DNA from: Bacillota bacterium | Lineage (GTDB): Bacteria > Bacillota > JAAYKD01 | Reading direction: 5' to 3' | Assembly (NCBI GenBank): GCA_963666425.2 | Contig: OY762825.2 | Span: 2,144,001 to 2,208,000 of the forward strand | DNA length: 64,000 nt | Shown: piece by piece, positions 46,217 to 59,258 of the stretch | Layout: every line of letters begins with the position of its first letter | Position numbering within the stretch: the stretch's first letter is position 1 | The notes under the pieces: model-generated | The model's database searches: none | What the model was told of the DNA's origin: nothing | What the model saw: only the letters and a program-made list of their open reading frames with translations | Translations under genes and position numbers: made by a program

Positions 46217-49200
46217 TTGGACGGTAAGATGGTCAGATCCGGAATGCGCGAGCGCTTTTCTTTCTCCAGAATTGATGAAGTGCTGCCAATTCCGAATCTA
46301 ATTGAGGTTCAACAGAGTTCTTACCAATGGTTCCTGAATGTTGGCTTGAAAGAGTTACTACGGGATATTTCTCCGGTTCAGGATTTTACCAACAATTTGA
46401 GTCTTTTCTTTGGTGATTATCGTTTGGGTGAACCGAAATATACGGTGGACAGCTCAAAAGAACGAGATGTCACTTATGCTGCTCCAATGCGTGTGAGAGT
46501 CATGCTCAGTAATAAGCAAACCGGAGAAGTGAAAGAACAGGAAGTTTTCATGGGGGATTTTCCTCTGATGACCGATCAGGGTACTTTCATTATCAACGGT
46601 GCAGAACGCGTTATCGTCAGCCAATTGGTAAGGTCTCCTGGCGCTTATTTTGTCTGGACCGTTGATGCCAATAACAACCGTGTCTACAGCTCTCAGATCA
46701 TCCCAAACCGAGGGGCATGGCTTGAGTTTGAGACTGATGCGAACAATGCTTTATATACACGGATTGATCGCAACCGTAAACTTCCTGTCACTGTTTTGTT
46801 GCGTGTTTTGGGTTTGGCGCAAAACGCTGAAATCCTGGATTTCTTTAACGATGATCCTCGCCTGAAGATTACGCTGGAAAAAGATACGACAGACAGCCGT
46901 ATCGCCGCTCTTTTTGAAATCTATAAAAAATTGCGTCCCGGTGAACCGCCGACAGAAGACAGTGCCATGAATTTAATCAAGACACTCTTCTTTGATCCGC
47001 GTCGTTATGATTTGATGCAGGTTGGACGCTATAAAATGAATAAGAAGCTGGCTTTGCAGCGCCGTGCGCTGGGACGCATTGCTTCCCGTGCCATCGTGAC
47101 CGAACAAAATATCTATACGGATCAGGGAGCACTCCTGCTTTCCGCCGGTGAAGTGATTGCCAGCCAAGGCGATGTGCTGACCCGGGATCATTTTCAAAAA
47201 TGTATGGAAGCCGGAATCAACGTAGTTTATGTGTTTGCCGGCGACGGCGAGCATGAAATCAAGGTAATTGGCAACGGTTATCAATGTACCACCTGGCAGG
47301 AACGCCTCTTGGGTCAGCGTTTAGCAGAGGCAATGCTGATCGACGATCAAGTCCTTGTCAGCGCCGGTGAGGTGCTGGATGAGAATCATCTGGCCGCTTT
47401 CCTGCCCTCTGTTGAGGAAGGCAGCCTAAGGCAAGTCACGATTCAAGTTGATGATGCTGTCCAGACGGTTTATTTAGGGGATCAATATCATTTGAGAGAC
47501 GAAAAGCACCTGACCATCGAGGATATTTTAGCTGCTGTCAGTTATCAGCTGAACATTATGGATGGTTTAGGTAATCGGGATGATATCGATCATTTAGGCA
47601 ATCGCCGCCTGCGTTCAGTGGGAGAATTACTGCAGAATCAGTTCCGGGTTGGCTTAGCTCGGATGGAACGTGTCATTCGCGAGCGGATGTCAATCCAGAA
47701 TACCGAACAGGTTACACCGCAGGCCTTGATTAATATTCGCCCGGTGGTAGCTTCAATCAAAGAATTTTTTGGTTCCAGTCAGTTGTCACAATTTATGGAT
47801 CAAACCAATCCTTTGGCAGAATTAGCGCATAAGCGACGTTTAAGTGCGCTTGGTCCCGGCGGTTTGAGCCGAGACCGGGCTGGATTTGAAGTCCGCGACG
47901 TGCATGCCAGCCATTATGGCAGAATGTGTCCGATTGAATCTCCCGAAGGTCCGAACATTGGCTTGATTGGCTCGCTGACCACCTATGCCCGGATTAACCA
48001 GTATGGTTTTATTGAAACGCCGTACCGCCGGGTCAATCAGGAAACCGGACAGGTAACCAGTGTGATCGATTATCTGACTGCCGATGAAGAAGATGAATTC
48101 ATTTGTACGCAAGCCAATACACCTCTGACGGTAGACCATTATTTTATCCAGGATAAAATCACTGTGCGGCTGCGCAACCTGGAAATCAAACAGGTATCAC
48201 CTAAAGATGTGGATTATATGGATGTATCCCCCAAACAATTGTTTTCTGTGGCTACCACCATGGTCCCCTTCCTGGAGCATGATGATGCTTCCCGCGCTTT
48301 GATGGGCTCCAACATGCAAAAACAGGCGGTCCCTCTGCTCGTGCCAAAGGCTCCTTTTGTTGGCACCGGTATGGAAGGAAAAGCCGCGATTGACTCCGGT
48401 GTCTGTGTGATCTCCCGCCGCAAAGGTGTGGTCATCCGCGCCACCGCCGATCAGATCAAAGTCTTGGGTGACGATAATGAAGTCGATACGTTCAAACTGA
48501 CCAAGTTCACCCGCTCCAATCAGGGAACTTGCATGAACCAACGCGTGATCTGTTACAAAGGTCAGCTTGTCGAAAAAGGTGACGTTCTAGCGGACGGCCC
48601 TGCCACCGAAAGCGGCGAATTGGCGCTCGGCAAAAATGTTCTGGCGGCTTATATGCCTTGGGAAGGCTATAATTATGAGGACGCGATTCTTTTATCCGAA
48701 AAAGTAGTGCGGGAAGATATTTTCACCTCCATTCATATTGAAGAATACGAATCGGATGCGCGGGATACCAAACTCGGACCGGAAGAAATTACTCGTGATA
48801 TCCCCAATGTCGGCGAAGATCAGCTGAGAGATTTAGATGACCGCGGTATCATCCGCATCGGTGCGGATGTTCGCTCCGGAGATATTTTGGTCGGCAAGGT
48901 CACTCCCAAAGGAGAAACCGAACTAACATCGGAAGAACGTTTGCTGCGCGCGATCTTTGGTGAAAAAGCCAGAGAAGTCAGAGATACTTCGTTACGCGTA
49001 CCAAATGGTGAATCCGGTAAAATTGTGGATGTGAAAGTGTTCTCACGCGAGAACAATGATGAATTATCCCCTGGCGTCAATGAATTGGTCCGTGTCTATA
49101 TCGCACAAAAGCGTAAAATCAGCGTTGGCGATAAAATGGCCGGCCGTCATGGCAACAAGGGTGTTGTCTCCCGTATTATGGCGGAAGAAGATATGCCTTA

Positions 49201-50161
49201 CCTGCCGGACGGCACCCCGATCCAAATTGTGCTGAACCCCTTGGGTGTTCCTTCCCGAATGAATATCGGACAAATCATGGAAGTTCACATTGGTGCTGCC
49301 GCACAGAAATTAGATATTCACATTGCGACACCTGTTTTCGACGGGGCTGATGAGCAGGACGTGCTGGACGCCTTAAGGGAAGCAAAAATGGAAGAAGACG
49401 GCAAGAGCATCCTATATGACGGCCGCACCGGCGACCCCTTTGAAAATCGTGTCACGGTTGGTTATGTCTATATGCTGAAGTTATTCCATTTGGTCGACGA
49501 TAAGATCCACGCCCGTTCGACCGGACCTTATTCGCTGGTAACCCAACAACCGTTGGGAGGGAAAGCGCAATTTGGCGGACAGCGTTTCGGTGAAATGGAA
49601 GTATGGGCCCTGGAAGCCTATGGCGCTGCCTATACCCTGCAGGAATTACTGACTGTCAAATCAGACGATGTCATCGGCCGCGTTAAAACATATGAAGCGA
49701 TTGTCAAAGGCGAGAATGTCCCGGAACCGGGCATCCCTGAATCGTTTAAAGTTTTAATCAAAGAGCTGCAGAGTCTGTGTCTGGATGTAAAAGTGTATTC
49801 TGCCGATAACAATGAAATTGTCATTCGCGAAACGGACGATGACATCGGTGAAACCGCCCGCGAGTTGGATCTCAATATCGAGGCTCCGGAAGCAGACCTG
49901 ATGCTGGACGGAATGGAAGAACCGGAGGATCCATTGGATAATGAAGATTTACCTTTGGATTACCCGATGCTCGATTCGACGGAAGAAATTGGCCGGCATG
50001 AGGGAACAGCAAAGAAAGAATTGATTATTGATGATGCAAAATTGGCACAATTGGCGAAACTGGTTGCTTCAAGACTGGAAGACGAATTCCTGGATGAAGA
50101 TCTTCTTGATTCTGATGAGGAAGAAGACGAAGAAGAAGATGAGAATCCGAAATCGCGTTAG
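46217..50161 (+). CDS. rpoB: DNA-directed RNA polymerase subunit beta
   Basis: [36 protein letters not shown]; TTG start after AAGGGGTG. Confidence 0.99.
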   Translation: MDGKMVRSGMRERFSFSRIDEVLPIPNLIEVQQSSYQWFLNVGLKELLRDISPVQDFTNNLSLFFGDYRLGEPKYTVDSSKERDVTYAAPMRVRVMLSNKQTGEVKEQEVFMGDFPLMTDQGTFIINGAERVIVSQLVRSPGAYFVWTVDANNNRVYSSQIIPNRGAWLEFETDANNALYTRIDRNRKLPVTVLLRVLGLAQNAEILDFFNDDPRLKITLEKDTTDSRIAALFEIYKKLRPGEPPTEDSAMNLIKTLFFDPRRYDLMQVGRYKMNKKLALQRRALGRIASRAIVTEQNIYTDQGALLLSAGEVIASQGDVLTRDHFQKCMEAGINVVYVFAGDGEHEIKVIGNGYQCTTWQERLLGQRLAEAMLIDDQVLVSAGEVLDENHLAAFLPSVEEGSLRQVTIQVDDAVQTVYLGDQYHLRDEKHLTIEDILAAVSYQLNIMDGLGNRDDIDHLGNRRLRSVGELLQNQFRVGLARMERVIRERMSIQNTEQVTPQALINIRPVVASIKEFFGSSQLSQFMDQTNPLAELAHKRRLSALGPGGLSRDRAGFEVRDVHASHYGRMCPIESPEGPNIGLIGSLTTYARINQYGFIETPYRRVNQETGQVTSVIDYLTADEEDEFICTQANTPLTVDHYFIQDKITVRLRNLEIKQVSPKDVDYMDVSPKQLFSVATTMVPFLEHDDASRALMGSNMQKQAVPLLVPKAPFVGTGMEGKAAIDSGVCVISRRKGVVIRATADQIKVLGDDNEVDTFKLTKFTRSNQGTCMNQRVICYKGQLVEKGDVLADGPATESGELALGKNVLAAYMPWEGYNYEDAILLSEKVVREDIFTSIHIEEYESDARDTKLGPEEITRDIPNVGEDQLRDLDDRGIIRIGADVRSGDILVGKVTPKGETELTSEERLLRAIFGEKAREVRDTSLRVPNGESGKIVDVKVFSRENNDELSPGVNELVRVYIAQKRKISVGDKMAGRHGNKGVVSRIMAEEDMPYLPDGTPIQIVLNPLGVPSRMNIGQIMEVHIGAAAQKLDIHIATPVFDGADEQDVLDALREAKMEEDGKSILYDGRTGDPFENRVTVGYVYMLKLFHLVDDKIHARSTGPYSLVTQQPLGGKAQFGGQRFGEMEVWALEAYGAAYTLQELLTVKSDDVIGRVKTYEAIVKGENVPEPGIPESFKVLIKELQSLCLDVKVYSADNNEIVIRETDDDIGETARELDLNIEAPEADLMLDGMEEPEDPLDNEDLPLDYPMLDSTEEIGRHEGTAKKELIIDDAKLAQLAKLVASRLEDEFLDEDLLDSDEEEDEEEDENPKSR

Positions 50162-50212
50162 TTTGTCTAATCTGTGCACAATTGGCTGTACTATAGAAGG
50201 GAGATAATGCTC

Positions 50213-53200
50213 ATGCTGGATGTCAACATTGCTTCCATGAAAATTGGACTTGCTTCCTCAGAGCAGATTCGCAAATGGTCTCGCGGTGAGGTAAAAAAAC
50301 CGGAGACGATCAATTACCGTACTTTAAAGCCAGAAAAAGATGGGTTGTTTTGCGAGAAGATTTTTGGGCCTACCAAAGATTGGGAATGCTATTGCGGTAA
50401 GTACAAGAGAATTCGCTATAAAGGCATTGTTTGTGATCGATGCGGTGTGGAAGTGACCCGCGCCAAGGTTCGCCGTGAACGGATGGGTCATATTGAATTG
50501 GCGGCACCCGTCTCGCATATTTGGTTCTTTAAAGGAATTCCAAGCCGTATGGGTTTGATTTTGGATATGTCTCCCCGTATCTTAGAAAAAGTGCTTTATT
50601 TTGCCGCTTATATTGTGTTGGATCCCGGTAAGGGGACCGAGCTGACGGAGAAAGAAATCCTCAACGAAGCGCAATATCGGGAAGCACGGGATAAGTATGG
50701 TTCTGCCGGATTCAGAGCCGGGATGGGTGCCGAATCGGTACGGGAATTGCTGGAAAAAGTGAATCTGGAAGATCTTTGCGCCGAATTACGCAATGAGATC
50801 AAGACAACATCCGGTCAGCGCAAGACACGCGCCAGCCGTCGCTTGGAGGCAGCGGAAGCGTTTCGTAAATCCGGTAACCGTCCGGAATGGATGGTGATGG
50901 ATGCGGTGCCGGTGATTCCTCCCGAATTGCGTCCGATGGTACAGTTGGACGGCGGGCGCTTTGCCACCTCGGATCTGAATGATCTCTACCGCCGTGTGAT
51001 CAACCGCAACAATCGTTTGAAAAAATTGCTCGAGTTGGGTGCTCCTGATATCATTGTTCGCAATGAAAAACGCATGCTGCAGGAAGCCGTTGACGCTTTG
51101 ATTGATAATGGCCGGCGCGGTCGGCCGGTAACAGGCGCCGGCAACCGTCCTCTGAAATCCTTAAGTGAAATGCTGAAGGGAAAGCAGGGGCGTTTCCGTC
51201 AGAACTTGTTGGGGAAACGCGTCGACTATTCCGGGCGTTCCGTGATCGTGGTTGGGCCGGAACTGAAGATGTATCAATGCGGTTTACCAAAAGAAATGGC
51301 TTTGGAGCTGTTTAAACCTTTTGTGATGAAGGTTTTAGTGCAAAGAGGTTTGGCGCATAATATTAAATCAGCCAAACGAAAAGTGGAACGGGTCAGTGAC
51401 GAAGTTTGGGATGTCTTGGAAGAAGTCATCAAAGGTCACCCGGTGATGTTGAACCGTGCTCCCACTTTGCATCGTCTTGGTATTCAGGCATTTGAACCGA
51501 TTTTAGTCGAAGGACGCGCCATCAAGCTGCATCCTCTGGTCTGTCATGGTTTCAATGCCGACTTCGATGGTGACCAAATGGCTGTGCATGTGCCGCTTTC
51601 TCCGGAAGCGCAGTCAGAAGCTCGCTTCCTGATGATGTCTACCAATAATATTTTGAACCCCAAAGATGGCAAACCGGAAATCACACCGCAGCAGGATATG
51701 ATCTTGGGCAGTTATTATCTAACCATCGTGCGCGATGGTGCGATCGGCAGCGGCAATATCTTTATCAATTTTGAAGAAGCTTTAATGGCGTATCAAACCG
51801 GTGTCCTGCATTTGCAGGCACCAATCAAGGTGCGCCGCCGCGTGACGATGGCAGACGGTACGCCAGTGACGAAAATCATTCCTACCACAGTAGGACGGAT
51901 GATCCTCAATGAAAAAGTACCGCAGGATCTTGGCTTTGTGGATCGGACCAATCCGGAGACCGTCTGTAATTTGGAAGTAGATTTCCCGATCGATAAAGGT
52001 GCCTTGGGTGAAGTGGTCTGGCGCGTTTACCAGATTCATGGCAATGCCGGCACAGCGGAAGTCATCAATAATATCAAAAACTTGGCTTTCAATTATGCCA
52101 CCCGCGGCGGTATCAGTATCGGTCTGCAGGACGTAGCCGTGCCGAAAGAAAAACCAGAAATTCTGGAACGCGCGGAAAAAGAAGTAGAAAAAGTCGAACG
52201 CTATTTTGCCCGCGGCCATATCAGCGAAAAAGAACGCTATGACAAAGTGGTTGCTCTGTGGAGTGCGGCTACCAAGGAAGTTCAGTCTAAATTGGAAGGT
52301 TCCATGGATAAATTCAATCCGATTTATATGATGGCAACTTCGAAGGCCAGAGCGAATATGTCTCAGTTGGGTCAGTTGGCCGGTATGCGTGGTCTGATGA
52401 CAGATCCCACCGGACGTATCATCGACTTGCCGATCAAATCGAATTTCCGGGAAGGACTTTCCGTACTGGAATACTTCATTTCTACCCATGGTACAAGAAA
52501 AGGCTTAGCGGATACTGCGCTGCGCACCGCCGACTCCGGTTATTTGACCAGACGCCTGGTTGATGTCTCTCAGGATGTGATCATCCGTGAAGATGACTGT
52601 GGGACAACCAATGGAATAGAGATGATTGAGATCCGCGACGGACGTCAATTGATCGAAAAATTGGAAGAACGTCTGGTTGGACGCTATTCTTCTATTGACA
52701 TTGCGGTTCCCGAACTGGTGGCTGCAGATACGGGTGAGCTGATTGCAGAAGCGACAGCACAGACGCATGGCACCATAGACGAAGAGAACCAGTTACTCTT
52801 TGTGCAGAGCGGTGAAGCGATCACGGTGGATATCGCCAAAGAAATCTGTAGCTATGGCATCATCAAGAGCAAAGTCAATGGGATGGCGCGGATTGTGAAC
52901 AACAGTGTGGTGGTAACCGATGCTGAGGGCCTTGAACATATCTACTATCTCTATCTGAAACCGGATGGGCAGGTGCAGAAACCAGCTGCTGTTGATCAGA
53001 TGAAAGTAAAAGTCGGCGACGCCTTAAGCGAACCGCTGATTACCAAAGTGCTCTGTCGTTCTGTCCTGACCTGCGCGACCCGTCATGGTGTCTGCGTGAA
53101 ATGCTACGGCCGCAATATGTCCAACGGTCGGATGGTCGATGTAGGTGAAGCGGTGGGTATCATCGCGGCACAATCCATCGGCGAACCGGGAACACAGCTG

Positions 53201-54010
53201 ACCATGCGGACCTTCCATACCGGCGGTGTCGCCAGCAGTGAAGATATTACACAAGGTTTACCGCGTGTAGAAGAGGTTTTTGAGGCGCGTAAACCCAAAG
53301 GTCAGGCCAGCATGACGGTGATTACCGGTAAGGTGAAAATCATCGAAAATAAAGGCAAACGCGAAATCGAAGTCACTGCCGATGATGGTGAAGTGCATGC
53401 TTATCCGGCGCCATTCGGCGTTAATCTGTTGGTCAAAGACAATGATTTGGTGAACATCGGTGATCCTCTGACTTCCGGCAGCTTGAATCCTCACGATTTA
53501 CTGACCTTCAAAGGGGTCAATGCCGTGCAGAATTATATGGTGCAGGAAATCCAAAAGGTCTATCGTAACCAGGGTGTTGAAATCAATGATAAGCATATTG
53601 AAGTCATTGTCCGGCAGATGCTGCGCAAGGTGCGGGTGGAAGAAGCCGGCGATACCGATCTGTTGACCAATGGCATCATCGACATCTTTGATTTTGAAGA
53701 TGCCAATGCCAATGCCTTCGCTGCAGGATTGGAACCTGCGGTGGCTAATCCAATTTTGTTAGGAATTACCAAAGCATCCCTGGCAACCGATTCCTTCCTG
53801 TCGGCCGCTTCCTTCCAGGAGACGACCAGAGTCTTAACGGAAGCTGCGATCAAAGGCAAGAGCGATCCCTTGCTTGGTTTAAAAGAAAACGTGATCATCG
53901 GCAAATTGATTCCGGCCGGAACAGGGATGCCGATTTACCGCGACGTTTTGCTGGAAGATCCCGCCGAAGAATTCCTCAGCAAGTCCGGATCGGATGAGAT
54001 TGATCCCTAA
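50213..54010 (+). CDS. rpoC: DNA-directed RNA polymerase subunit beta'
   Basis: Zinc ribbon [30 protein letters not shown]. Confidence 0.99.
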   Translation: MLDVNIASMKIGLASSEQIRKWSRGEVKKPETINYRTLKPEKDGLFCEKIFGPTKDWECYCGKYKRIRYKGIVCDRCGVEVTRAKVRRERMGHIELAAPVSHIWFFKGIPSRMGLILDMSPRILEKVLYFAAYIVLDPGKGTELTEKEILNEAQYREARDKYGSAGFRAGMGAESVRELLEKVNLEDLCAELRNEIKTTSGQRKTRASRRLEAAEAFRKSGNRPEWMVMDAVPVIPPELRPMVQLDGGRFATSDLNDLYRRVINRNNRLKKLLELGAPDIIVRNEKRMLQEAVDALIDNGRRGRPVTGAGNRPLKSLSEMLKGKQGRFRQNLLGKRVDYSGRSVIVVGPELKMYQCGLPKEMALELFKPFVMKVLVQRGLAHNIKSAKRKVERVSDEVWDVLEEVIKGHPVMLNRAPTLHRLGIQAFEPILVEGRAIKLHPLVCHGFNADFDGDQMAVHVPLSPEAQSEARFLMMSTNNILNPKDGKPEITPQQDMILGSYYLTIVRDGAIGSGNIFINFEEALMAYQTGVLHLQAPIKVRRRVTMADGTPVTKIIPTTVGRMILNEKVPQDLGFVDRTNPETVCNLEVDFPIDKGALGEVVWRVYQIHGNAGTAEVINNIKNLAFNYATRGGISIGLQDVAVPKEKPEILERAEKEVEKVERYFARGHISEKERYDKVVALWSAATKEVQSKLEGSMDKFNPIYMMATSKARANMSQLGQLAGMRGLMTDPTGRIIDLPIKSNFREGLSVLEYFISTHGTRKGLADTALRTADSGYLTRRLVDVSQDVIIREDDCGTTNGIEMIEIRDGRQLIEKLEERLVGRYSSIDIAVPELVAADTGELIAEATAQTHGTIDEENQLLFVQSGEAITVDIAKEICSYGIIKSKVNGMARIVNNSVVVTDAEGLEHIYYLYLKPDGQVQKPAAVDQMKVKVGDALSEPLITKVLCRSVLTCATRHGVCVKCYGRNMSNGRMVDVGEAVGIIAAQSIGEPGTQLTMRTFHTGGVASSEDITQGLPRVEEVFEARKPKGQASMTVITGKVKIIENKGKREIEVTADDGEVHAYPAPFGVNLLVKDNDLVNIGDPLTSGSLNPHDLLTFKGVNAVQNYMVQEIQKVYRNQGVEINDKHIEVIVRQMLRKVRVEEAGDTDLLTNGIIDIFDFEDANANAFAAGLEPAVANPILLGITKASLATDSFLSAASFQETTRVLTEAAIKGKSDPLLGLKENVIIGKLIPAGTGMPIYRDVLLEDPAEEFLSKSGSDEIDP

Positions 54011-54070
54011 CAGGGTCAATCGTGTCTCTATAGATAGATTATGTAATAATTAAAAACATTGCACAATTGA

Positions 54071-54100
54071 TTGACAGCGGCTCCCCGAAAGATGTATAAT
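54071..54100 (+). promoter_or_regulatory. Sigma-A promoter of the str operon
   Basis: TTGACA-18 nt-TATAAT. Confidence 0.75.
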
Positions 54101-54153
54101 CGGAGAGTCGCTGTTTCTGGAATGGATAACTATGCCCAAAAAGGAGTGGTTAG

Positions 54154-54417
54154 ATGACATTGGAACTGTTGAAGCAGGCTAAACGGAAAACGATCGGCTC
54201 GAAACAAACCATGAAAGGGGTTTGCTCGGGACGGGTTGCAAACGTTTTTCTGGCCAGTGATGCGGAGGACCATGTAATCAAACCCTTACAACAGCTTTGT
54301 GATGAGAAAGCAATTCCTTATCTGATGGTTGAGAGTATGCTCAGCTTGGGAAAGGCTTGCGGAATTCGGATCGGCGCTGCCGCAGCAGGGATCATGAAAG
54401 AAACAGACTTAAATTAA
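54154..54417 (+). CDS. ybxF: L7Ae family K-turn-binding protein (YbxF)
   Basis: IGSKQTMK, VFLASDA, LGKACGI.IGAAA; precedes rpsL. Confidence 0.92.
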   Translation: MTLELLKQAKRKTIGSKQTMKGVCSGRVANVFLASDAEDHVIKPLQQLCDEKAIPYLMVESMLSLGKACGIRIGAAAAGIMKETDLN

Positions 54418-54499
54418 TTCACACTTTACATCCATGAATTGAATCAATCAACTGGAAGCCAATTGAAAACAAAACGACAAAGAAGGGTGGTGTAGATAT

Positions 54500-54874
54500 A
54501 TGCCAACAATCAACCAACTGGTCCGTAAAGGCCGCGTGAAAGTAGAATACAAGTCTAAATCACCAGCGCTGGACAGCTGCCCTCAAAGACGCGGTGTTTG
54601 CACAGTGGTCCGTACGACGACCCCAAAAAAGCCGAACTCCGCTTTGCGTAAGGTTGCCCGTGTGCGTCTTACCAACGGAATTGAGGTTACCGCTTACATT
54701 CCGGGTATCGGTCACAATTTGCAGGAGCATAGCGTAGTATTGGTGCGCGGAGGCCGTGTGAAAGATTTACCTGGTGTCCGTTATCATATCATACGTGGCG
54801 CGCTAGATACCGCCGGTGTACAAAAACGCCTGCAGAGCCGCTCGAAATATGGCGCCAAACGTCCCAAGAAATAG
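54500..54874 (+). CDS. rpsL: 30S ribosomal protein S12
   Basis: [20 protein letters not shown]. Confidence 0.99.
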   Translation: MPTINQLVRKGRVKVEYKSKSPALDSCPQRRGVCTVVRTTTPKKPNSALRKVARVRLTNGIEVTAYIPGIGHNLQEHSVVLVRGGRVKDLPGVRYHIIRGALDTAGVQKRLQSRSKYGAKRPKK

Positions 54875-54924
54875 CTGAAACTGAAAATCTCTACCCTACT
54901 ATGCAATTGTGAGGAGGAAGAACC

Positions 54925-55395
54925 GTGCCAAGAAAAGGTCCAGTGCCAAAACGGGAAGTACTGCCAGATCCGGTTTATAACAGTGTTCTGGTTACCCGCG
55001 TCATAAATAAAATCATGATGGATGGCAAACGTGGTGTCGCACAATCAATCTTCTACAACGCATGCAATATTATTCAAACCAAAACCAACAAAGACCCTAT
55101 GGAAGTTGTTGATACCGCTTTGAAGAACATCATGCCTGTATTGGAAGTAAAAGCGCGCCGGGTTGGTGGTGCTACTTATCAGGTTCCAATTGAAGTAGCT
55201 CCTGATCGCCGCCGCACGTTAGGAATTCGCTGGTTGATCGACTATGCGCGTAAACGTAACGAACGCACCATGGAAGAGAGACTTGCCGGTGAATTTATGG
55301 ATGCTGCCAACAATGTCGGCAACTCTGTCAAAAAACGTGAAGATACTCATAAAATGGCTGAAGCCAACAAGGCTTTTGCACATTATCGTTGGTAA
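54925..55395 (+). CDS. rpsG: 30S ribosomal protein S7
   Basis: [23 protein letters not shown]. Confidence 0.99.
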   Translation: MPRKGPVPKREVLPDPVYNSVLVTRVINKIMMDGKRGVAQSIFYNACNIIQTKTNKDPMEVVDTALKNIMPVLEVKARRVGGATYQVPIEVAPDRRRTLGIRWLIDYARKRNERTMEERLAGEFMDAANNVGNSVKKREDTHKMAEANKAFAHYRW

Positions 55396-55442
55396 GAAAA
55401 AAATAATCGCCTAAAGGATTTAAGCGAAAGGAGGAAAAACGC

Positions 55443-57521
55443 GTGCCAAGAACTATACCATTAGAAAAAGTAAGAAATATCGGGATTATGGCTCATATTG
55501 ATGCGGGTAAAACTACCACAACGGAACGTATTTTATATTATACGGGTCGTGTGCATCGGATGGGTGAGGTGCATGACGGTGCAGCCACGATGGATTGGAT
55601 GGTCCAGGAAGCAGAACGCGGGATTACAATTACTTCGGCAGCTACGACTTGTCAATGGCATGATTGTTCGATCAACATTATCGACACACCAGGGCACGTT
55701 GACTTTACTGTAGAAGTCGAGCGTTCGCTTAGAGTCCTTGATGGCGCTGTAGCGGTCTTCTGTGCTAAGGGAGGGGTTGAACCCCAATCGGAAACGGTTT
55801 GGCATCAGGCTGATCGGTATAATGTGCCAAGGATTGCTTATGTGAACAAAATGGATATCACCGGTGCCAATTATCAGCGCGTGATTGAAATGATGCGGGA
55901 ACGACTCGGAGCGAAAACCATGCCGGTTCAGCTGCCGATCGGGCAGGAAGATACTTTTATCGGTATTATCGATCTCGTAGAACAAAAAGCCTTTTATTAT
56001 ATGGATCATGAAGGCAAAGATGTCCAACTGCGTGAAATTCCTGCCGATATGCTGGAAGCAGCACAAACCGCAAGAGCTGAATTGCTGGAAACAATTTCCG
56101 AATTCGATGATGATTTACTGGCGCAGTTGTTAGAAAATGAGGAGCCCAGTATTGCGGAGATCAAAGCGGCGATTCGTAAAGCAACGATCTCTGTGAAGTT
56201 TTTCCCGGTGTTCTGCGGAACCTCGTATCGTAACAAAGGTGTTCAACTTTTACTGGACGGCATTGTTGATTACTTGCCGTCACCCAAAGATATCGGTGAA
56301 GTCAGAGGAATTGATCTGGATACCGATGAGGAAACTACCCGGAAGTTTGGCGATGACGAACCGTTATCCGCGCTGGCCTTTAAAATCGCAGCGGATCCTT
56401 TCGTTGGAAAACTTGCTTTCGTACGCGTCTATTCCGGTAAAATCAGTGCAGGTTCTTATGTCTATAATTCCTCCAAGGGGAAGAGAGAAAGAATCGGCCG
56501 TGTTTTAAGAATGCATGCGAACCACAGGGAAGATATGTCGGATGCCTGCGCGGGTGATATCTGCGCAATCGTCGGTTTAAAAGACACCTATACCGGTGAT
56601 ACGCTGTGTGATGAAAAGCATCCGATTGTGCTGGAGTCGATGAACTTCCCGGAACCGGTCATCAATCAGGCTATTGAGCCGAAAACGAAGGCCGATCAGG
56701 AGAAATTAGGGTTGGCTCTCAATCGTTTAACCGAGGAAGATCCCAGCCTGCGTGCTTACACCGATCCGGATACCGGCCAAACAATCATTGCCGGCATGGG
56801 CGAACTGCATTTGGAAATCGTTGTTGACCGCCTGAGACGCGAATTCAATGTCGATGCCAATGTCGGAAGTCCCATGGTTGCCTACCGCGAGACGATTTCT
56901 CGTCTGGCCAAAGGCGAGGGTAAGTTTGTGCGTCAAACCGGTGGCCATGGTCAGTATGGTCATGCAGTGATTCAATTGGAACCGTTGGAAGCGGGTTCGG
57001 GGTATGAATTTGTCAATAAAACCGTTGGCGGTTCAGTCCCCAAAGAATTTATTAACCCGATTGATAATGGTATCAAAGAAGCGATGGGTAATGGTATTTT
57101 AGCCGGTTACCCAGTGATTGACATTCGGGCAACTTTGCTGGATGGTTCGTTCCATGAAGTGGATTCCTCGGAAATGGCGTTTAAAATCGCCGGTTCGATG
57201 GCATTCAAGAATACTGCTGAAAAAGCAGGACCGGTTTTACTGGAACCGATTATGAAAGTAGAAGTTGTTGTTCCCGAGAATTTTCTGGGCGATGTGATTG
57301 GCGATATCAATAGCCGCCGTGGTCACATTGAAGGAATTGAAGCCAGACCCGGCGTGCAGGTAGTTCATGCTCATGTGCCGCTTGCCTCGATGTTTGGTTA
57401 TGCCACTGTGCTGCGTTCCAGCACACAGGGGCGCGCAATCTATTCCATGGAGCCCAGCCATTATGCCGAAGTGCCGAAGAGTGTTTCGGAAGGTGTTATA
57501 CAAAAAACAAGAGGCGTATAG
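55443..57521 (+). CDS. fusA: Elongation factor G
   Basis: [32 protein letters not shown]. Confidence 0.99.
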   Translation: MPRTIPLEKVRNIGIMAHIDAGKTTTTERILYYTGRVHRMGEVHDGAATMDWMVQEAERGITITSAATTCQWHDCSINIIDTPGHVDFTVEVERSLRVLDGAVAVFCAKGGVEPQSETVWHQADRYNVPRIAYVNKMDITGANYQRVIEMMRERLGAKTMPVQLPIGQEDTFIGIIDLVEQKAFYYMDHEGKDVQLREIPADMLEAAQTARAELLETISEFDDDLLAQLLENEEPSIAEIKAAIRKATISVKFFPVFCGTSYRNKGVQLLLDGIVDYLPSPKDIGEVRGIDLDTDEETTRKFGDDEPLSALAFKIAADPFVGKLAFVRVYSGKISAGSYVYNSSKGKRERIGRVLRMHANHREDMSDACAGDICAIVGLKDTYTGDTLCDEKHPIVLESMNFPEPVINQAIEPKTKADQEKLGLALNRLTEEDPSLRAYTDPDTGQTIIAGMGELHLEIVVDRLRREFNVDANVGSPMVAYRETISRLAKGEGKFVRQTGGHGQYGHAVIQLEPLEAGSGYEFVNKTVGGSVPKEFINPIDNGIKEAMGNGILAGYPVIDIRATLLDGSFHEVDSSEMAFKIAGSMAFKNTAEKAGPVLLEPIMKVEVVVPENFLGDVIGDINSRRGHIEGIEARPGVQVVHAHVPLASMFGYATVLRSSTQGRAIYSMEPSHYAEVPKSVSEGVIQKTRGV

Positions 57522-57550
57522 CTTCGCAACAGTTAAGGAGGAACGTTGAA

Positions 57551-58756
57551 TTGGCCAAAAAGAAATATGAACGTACCAAGACCCATGTAAATATCGGAAC
57601 GATTGGTCACATTGATCACGGCAAAACAACATTAACCGCAGCCATCACTAAAGTGCTTTCCACCGTTGGTGGTGCAGCAATCATGAATTATGCGGATATC
57701 GACAAAGCCCCGGAAGAAAAAGCCCGCGGCATTACGATTAACACAGCCCATGTTGAGTATGAAACCTCACATCGTCACTATGCCCATGTGGACTGCCCGG
57801 GACATGCCGACTATGTCAAGAACATGATTACCGGTGCCGCTCAGATGGACGGCGCGATCCTGGTTGTTTCCGCTGCCGACGGCCCAATGCCGCAAACCAG
57901 AGAACATATCCTGCTGGCCTATCAGGTTGGCGTACCTTACATGATCGTCTTCCTGAATAAGGCAGATATGGTAGACGACGCGGAATTAATCGAATTGGTC
58001 GAAATGGAAGTCCGCGAGTTGCTGACCAGCTACAAATTCCCGGGCGACGAAGTGCCGGTCATCGTAGGATCCGCTTTAAAAGCCGGCGAATGCGGCTGCG
58101 GTAAACGTGACTGCCAATGGTGCGGCGCCATCTGGAAATTGATGGATGCGGTAGACGCATACATCCCGGATCCGGTCCGCGCGACCGATAAACCGTTCCT
58201 GTTGCCGGTAGAAGACGTCTTTACGATCACCGGACGCGGCACTGTCGCGACAGGCAGAGTAGAACGCGGCATGGTTAAGATCTCAGACGAAGTAGAAATC
58301 GTCGGTTTGGCAGAAAAACCGCGCAAAGTGGTTGTCACCGGCGTAGAAATGTTCCGTAAGCTGTTGGATTCCGCGATTGCGGGAGACAACGTGGGTGTGC
58401 TGCTGCGCGGCGTTGACCGCAAAGATATCGAACGCGGCCAAGTTTTAGCAAAACCGGGTTCGATCAAACCGCATACCTCCTTCAAAGCGAATGTCTATGT
58501 TCTGAGCAAAGAAGAAGGCGGCCGTCATACACCGTTCTTCAACGGCTATCGTCCGCAGTTCTATTTCCGGACCACCGACGTGACGGGCAATATTGCCTTA
58601 CCGGAGGGTGTGGAAATGGTAATGCCGGGTGATAACGTGGTAATGGGTGTGGAATTGATCACACCGATTGCTATCGAAAAAGAACTGCGTTTCGCAATCC
58701 GCGAAGGCGGCCGTACCGTTGGCGCCGGTGTCGTCACCGAAATCAACGAGGTTTAG
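57551..58756 (+). CDS. tuf: Elongation factor Tu, copy 2
   Basis: Near-identical to 40877-42082 (3 aa differences). Confidence 0.99.
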   Translation: MAKKKYERTKTHVNIGTIGHIDHGKTTLTAAITKVLSTVGGAAIMNYADIDKAPEEKARGITINTAHVEYETSHRHYAHVDCPGHADYVKNMITGAAQMDGAILVVSAADGPMPQTREHILLAYQVGVPYMIVFLNKADMVDDAELIELVEMEVRELLTSYKFPGDEVPVIVGSALKAGECGCGKRDCQWCGAIWKLMDAVDAYIPDPVRATDKPFLLPVEDVFTITGRGTVATGRVERGMVKISDEVEIVGLAEKPRKVVVTGVEMFRKLLDSAIAGDNVGVLLRGVDRKDIERGQVLAKPGSIKPHTSFKANVYVLSKEEGGRHTPFFNGYRPQFYFRTTDVTGNIALPEGVEMVMPGDNVVMGVELITPIAIEKELRFAIREGGRTVGAGVVTEINEV

Positions 58757-58825
58757 GAGAAGGTAAGCCGTTTCGGTGCGATAATTAGGGTTGCAACTTT
58801 ATCGCACCGGACGGAACCGATAATT

Positions 58826-58912
58826 TGCGATGAAGCAGAAGGTTGCCTGGTGAAATATCCTTTGGCATCAGGGGAATTTTTGCTGAGTTGTCAGTCCGCA
58901 TAGATCGGACGA
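58826..58912 (+). promoter_or_regulatory. Conserved S10 (rpsJ) operon leader RNA
   Basis: GCGATGAAGCAGAAGGTTGCC...GGGGAATTTTTGCTGAG stem and a GTCCG/CGGAC hairpin before the RBS; resembles Firmicutes S10 leaders. Confidence 0.6.
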
Positions 58913-58926
58913 AGGAGGAAACAAGA

Positions 58927-59235
58927 GTGGCACAACAAAAAATCCGTATTCGCTTGAAAGCTTTTGACCACAATCTCTTGGATGCCTGCGCTGAAAAAAT
59001 TGTGGAAACAGCAAAACGTACCGGTGCACAAGTATCGGGACCAATTCCGTTGCCTACCGAGAAAAACTTGTATACCATTCTCCGTGCTGTGCACAAATAC
59101 AAAGATTCGCGGGAACAATTCGAGATGCGTACACACAAACGTTTAATCGATATCTTGGAACCGACGCAGAAAACAGTGAATGATTTAATGAAACTGGATC
59201 TACCTGCCGGCGTTGATATTGAGATTAAACTTTAA
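58927..59235 (+). CDS. rpsJ: 30S ribosomal protein S10
   Basis: [30 protein letters not shown]; GTG after AAGGAGG. Confidence 0.99.
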   Translation: MAQQKIRIRLKAFDHNLLDACAEKIVETAKRTGAQVSGPIPLPTEKNLYTILRAVHKYKDSREQFEMRTHKRLIDILEPTQKTVNDLMKLDLPAGVDIEIKL

Positions 59236-59258
59236 CGCCATCAGGGAGGTGAAAGTGG

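Noticed and set aside
47760-47970. Possible rifampicin-resistance changes in rpoB
   Set aside because: Cluster I residues (Q, D, H, S) look wild type; only a conservative ESPEG for ETPEG change is present
51782-52489. 235-aa antisense ORF in rpoC and similar antisense ORFs across the ribosomal genes
   Set aside because: Expected shadows of codon-biased, highly expressed genes
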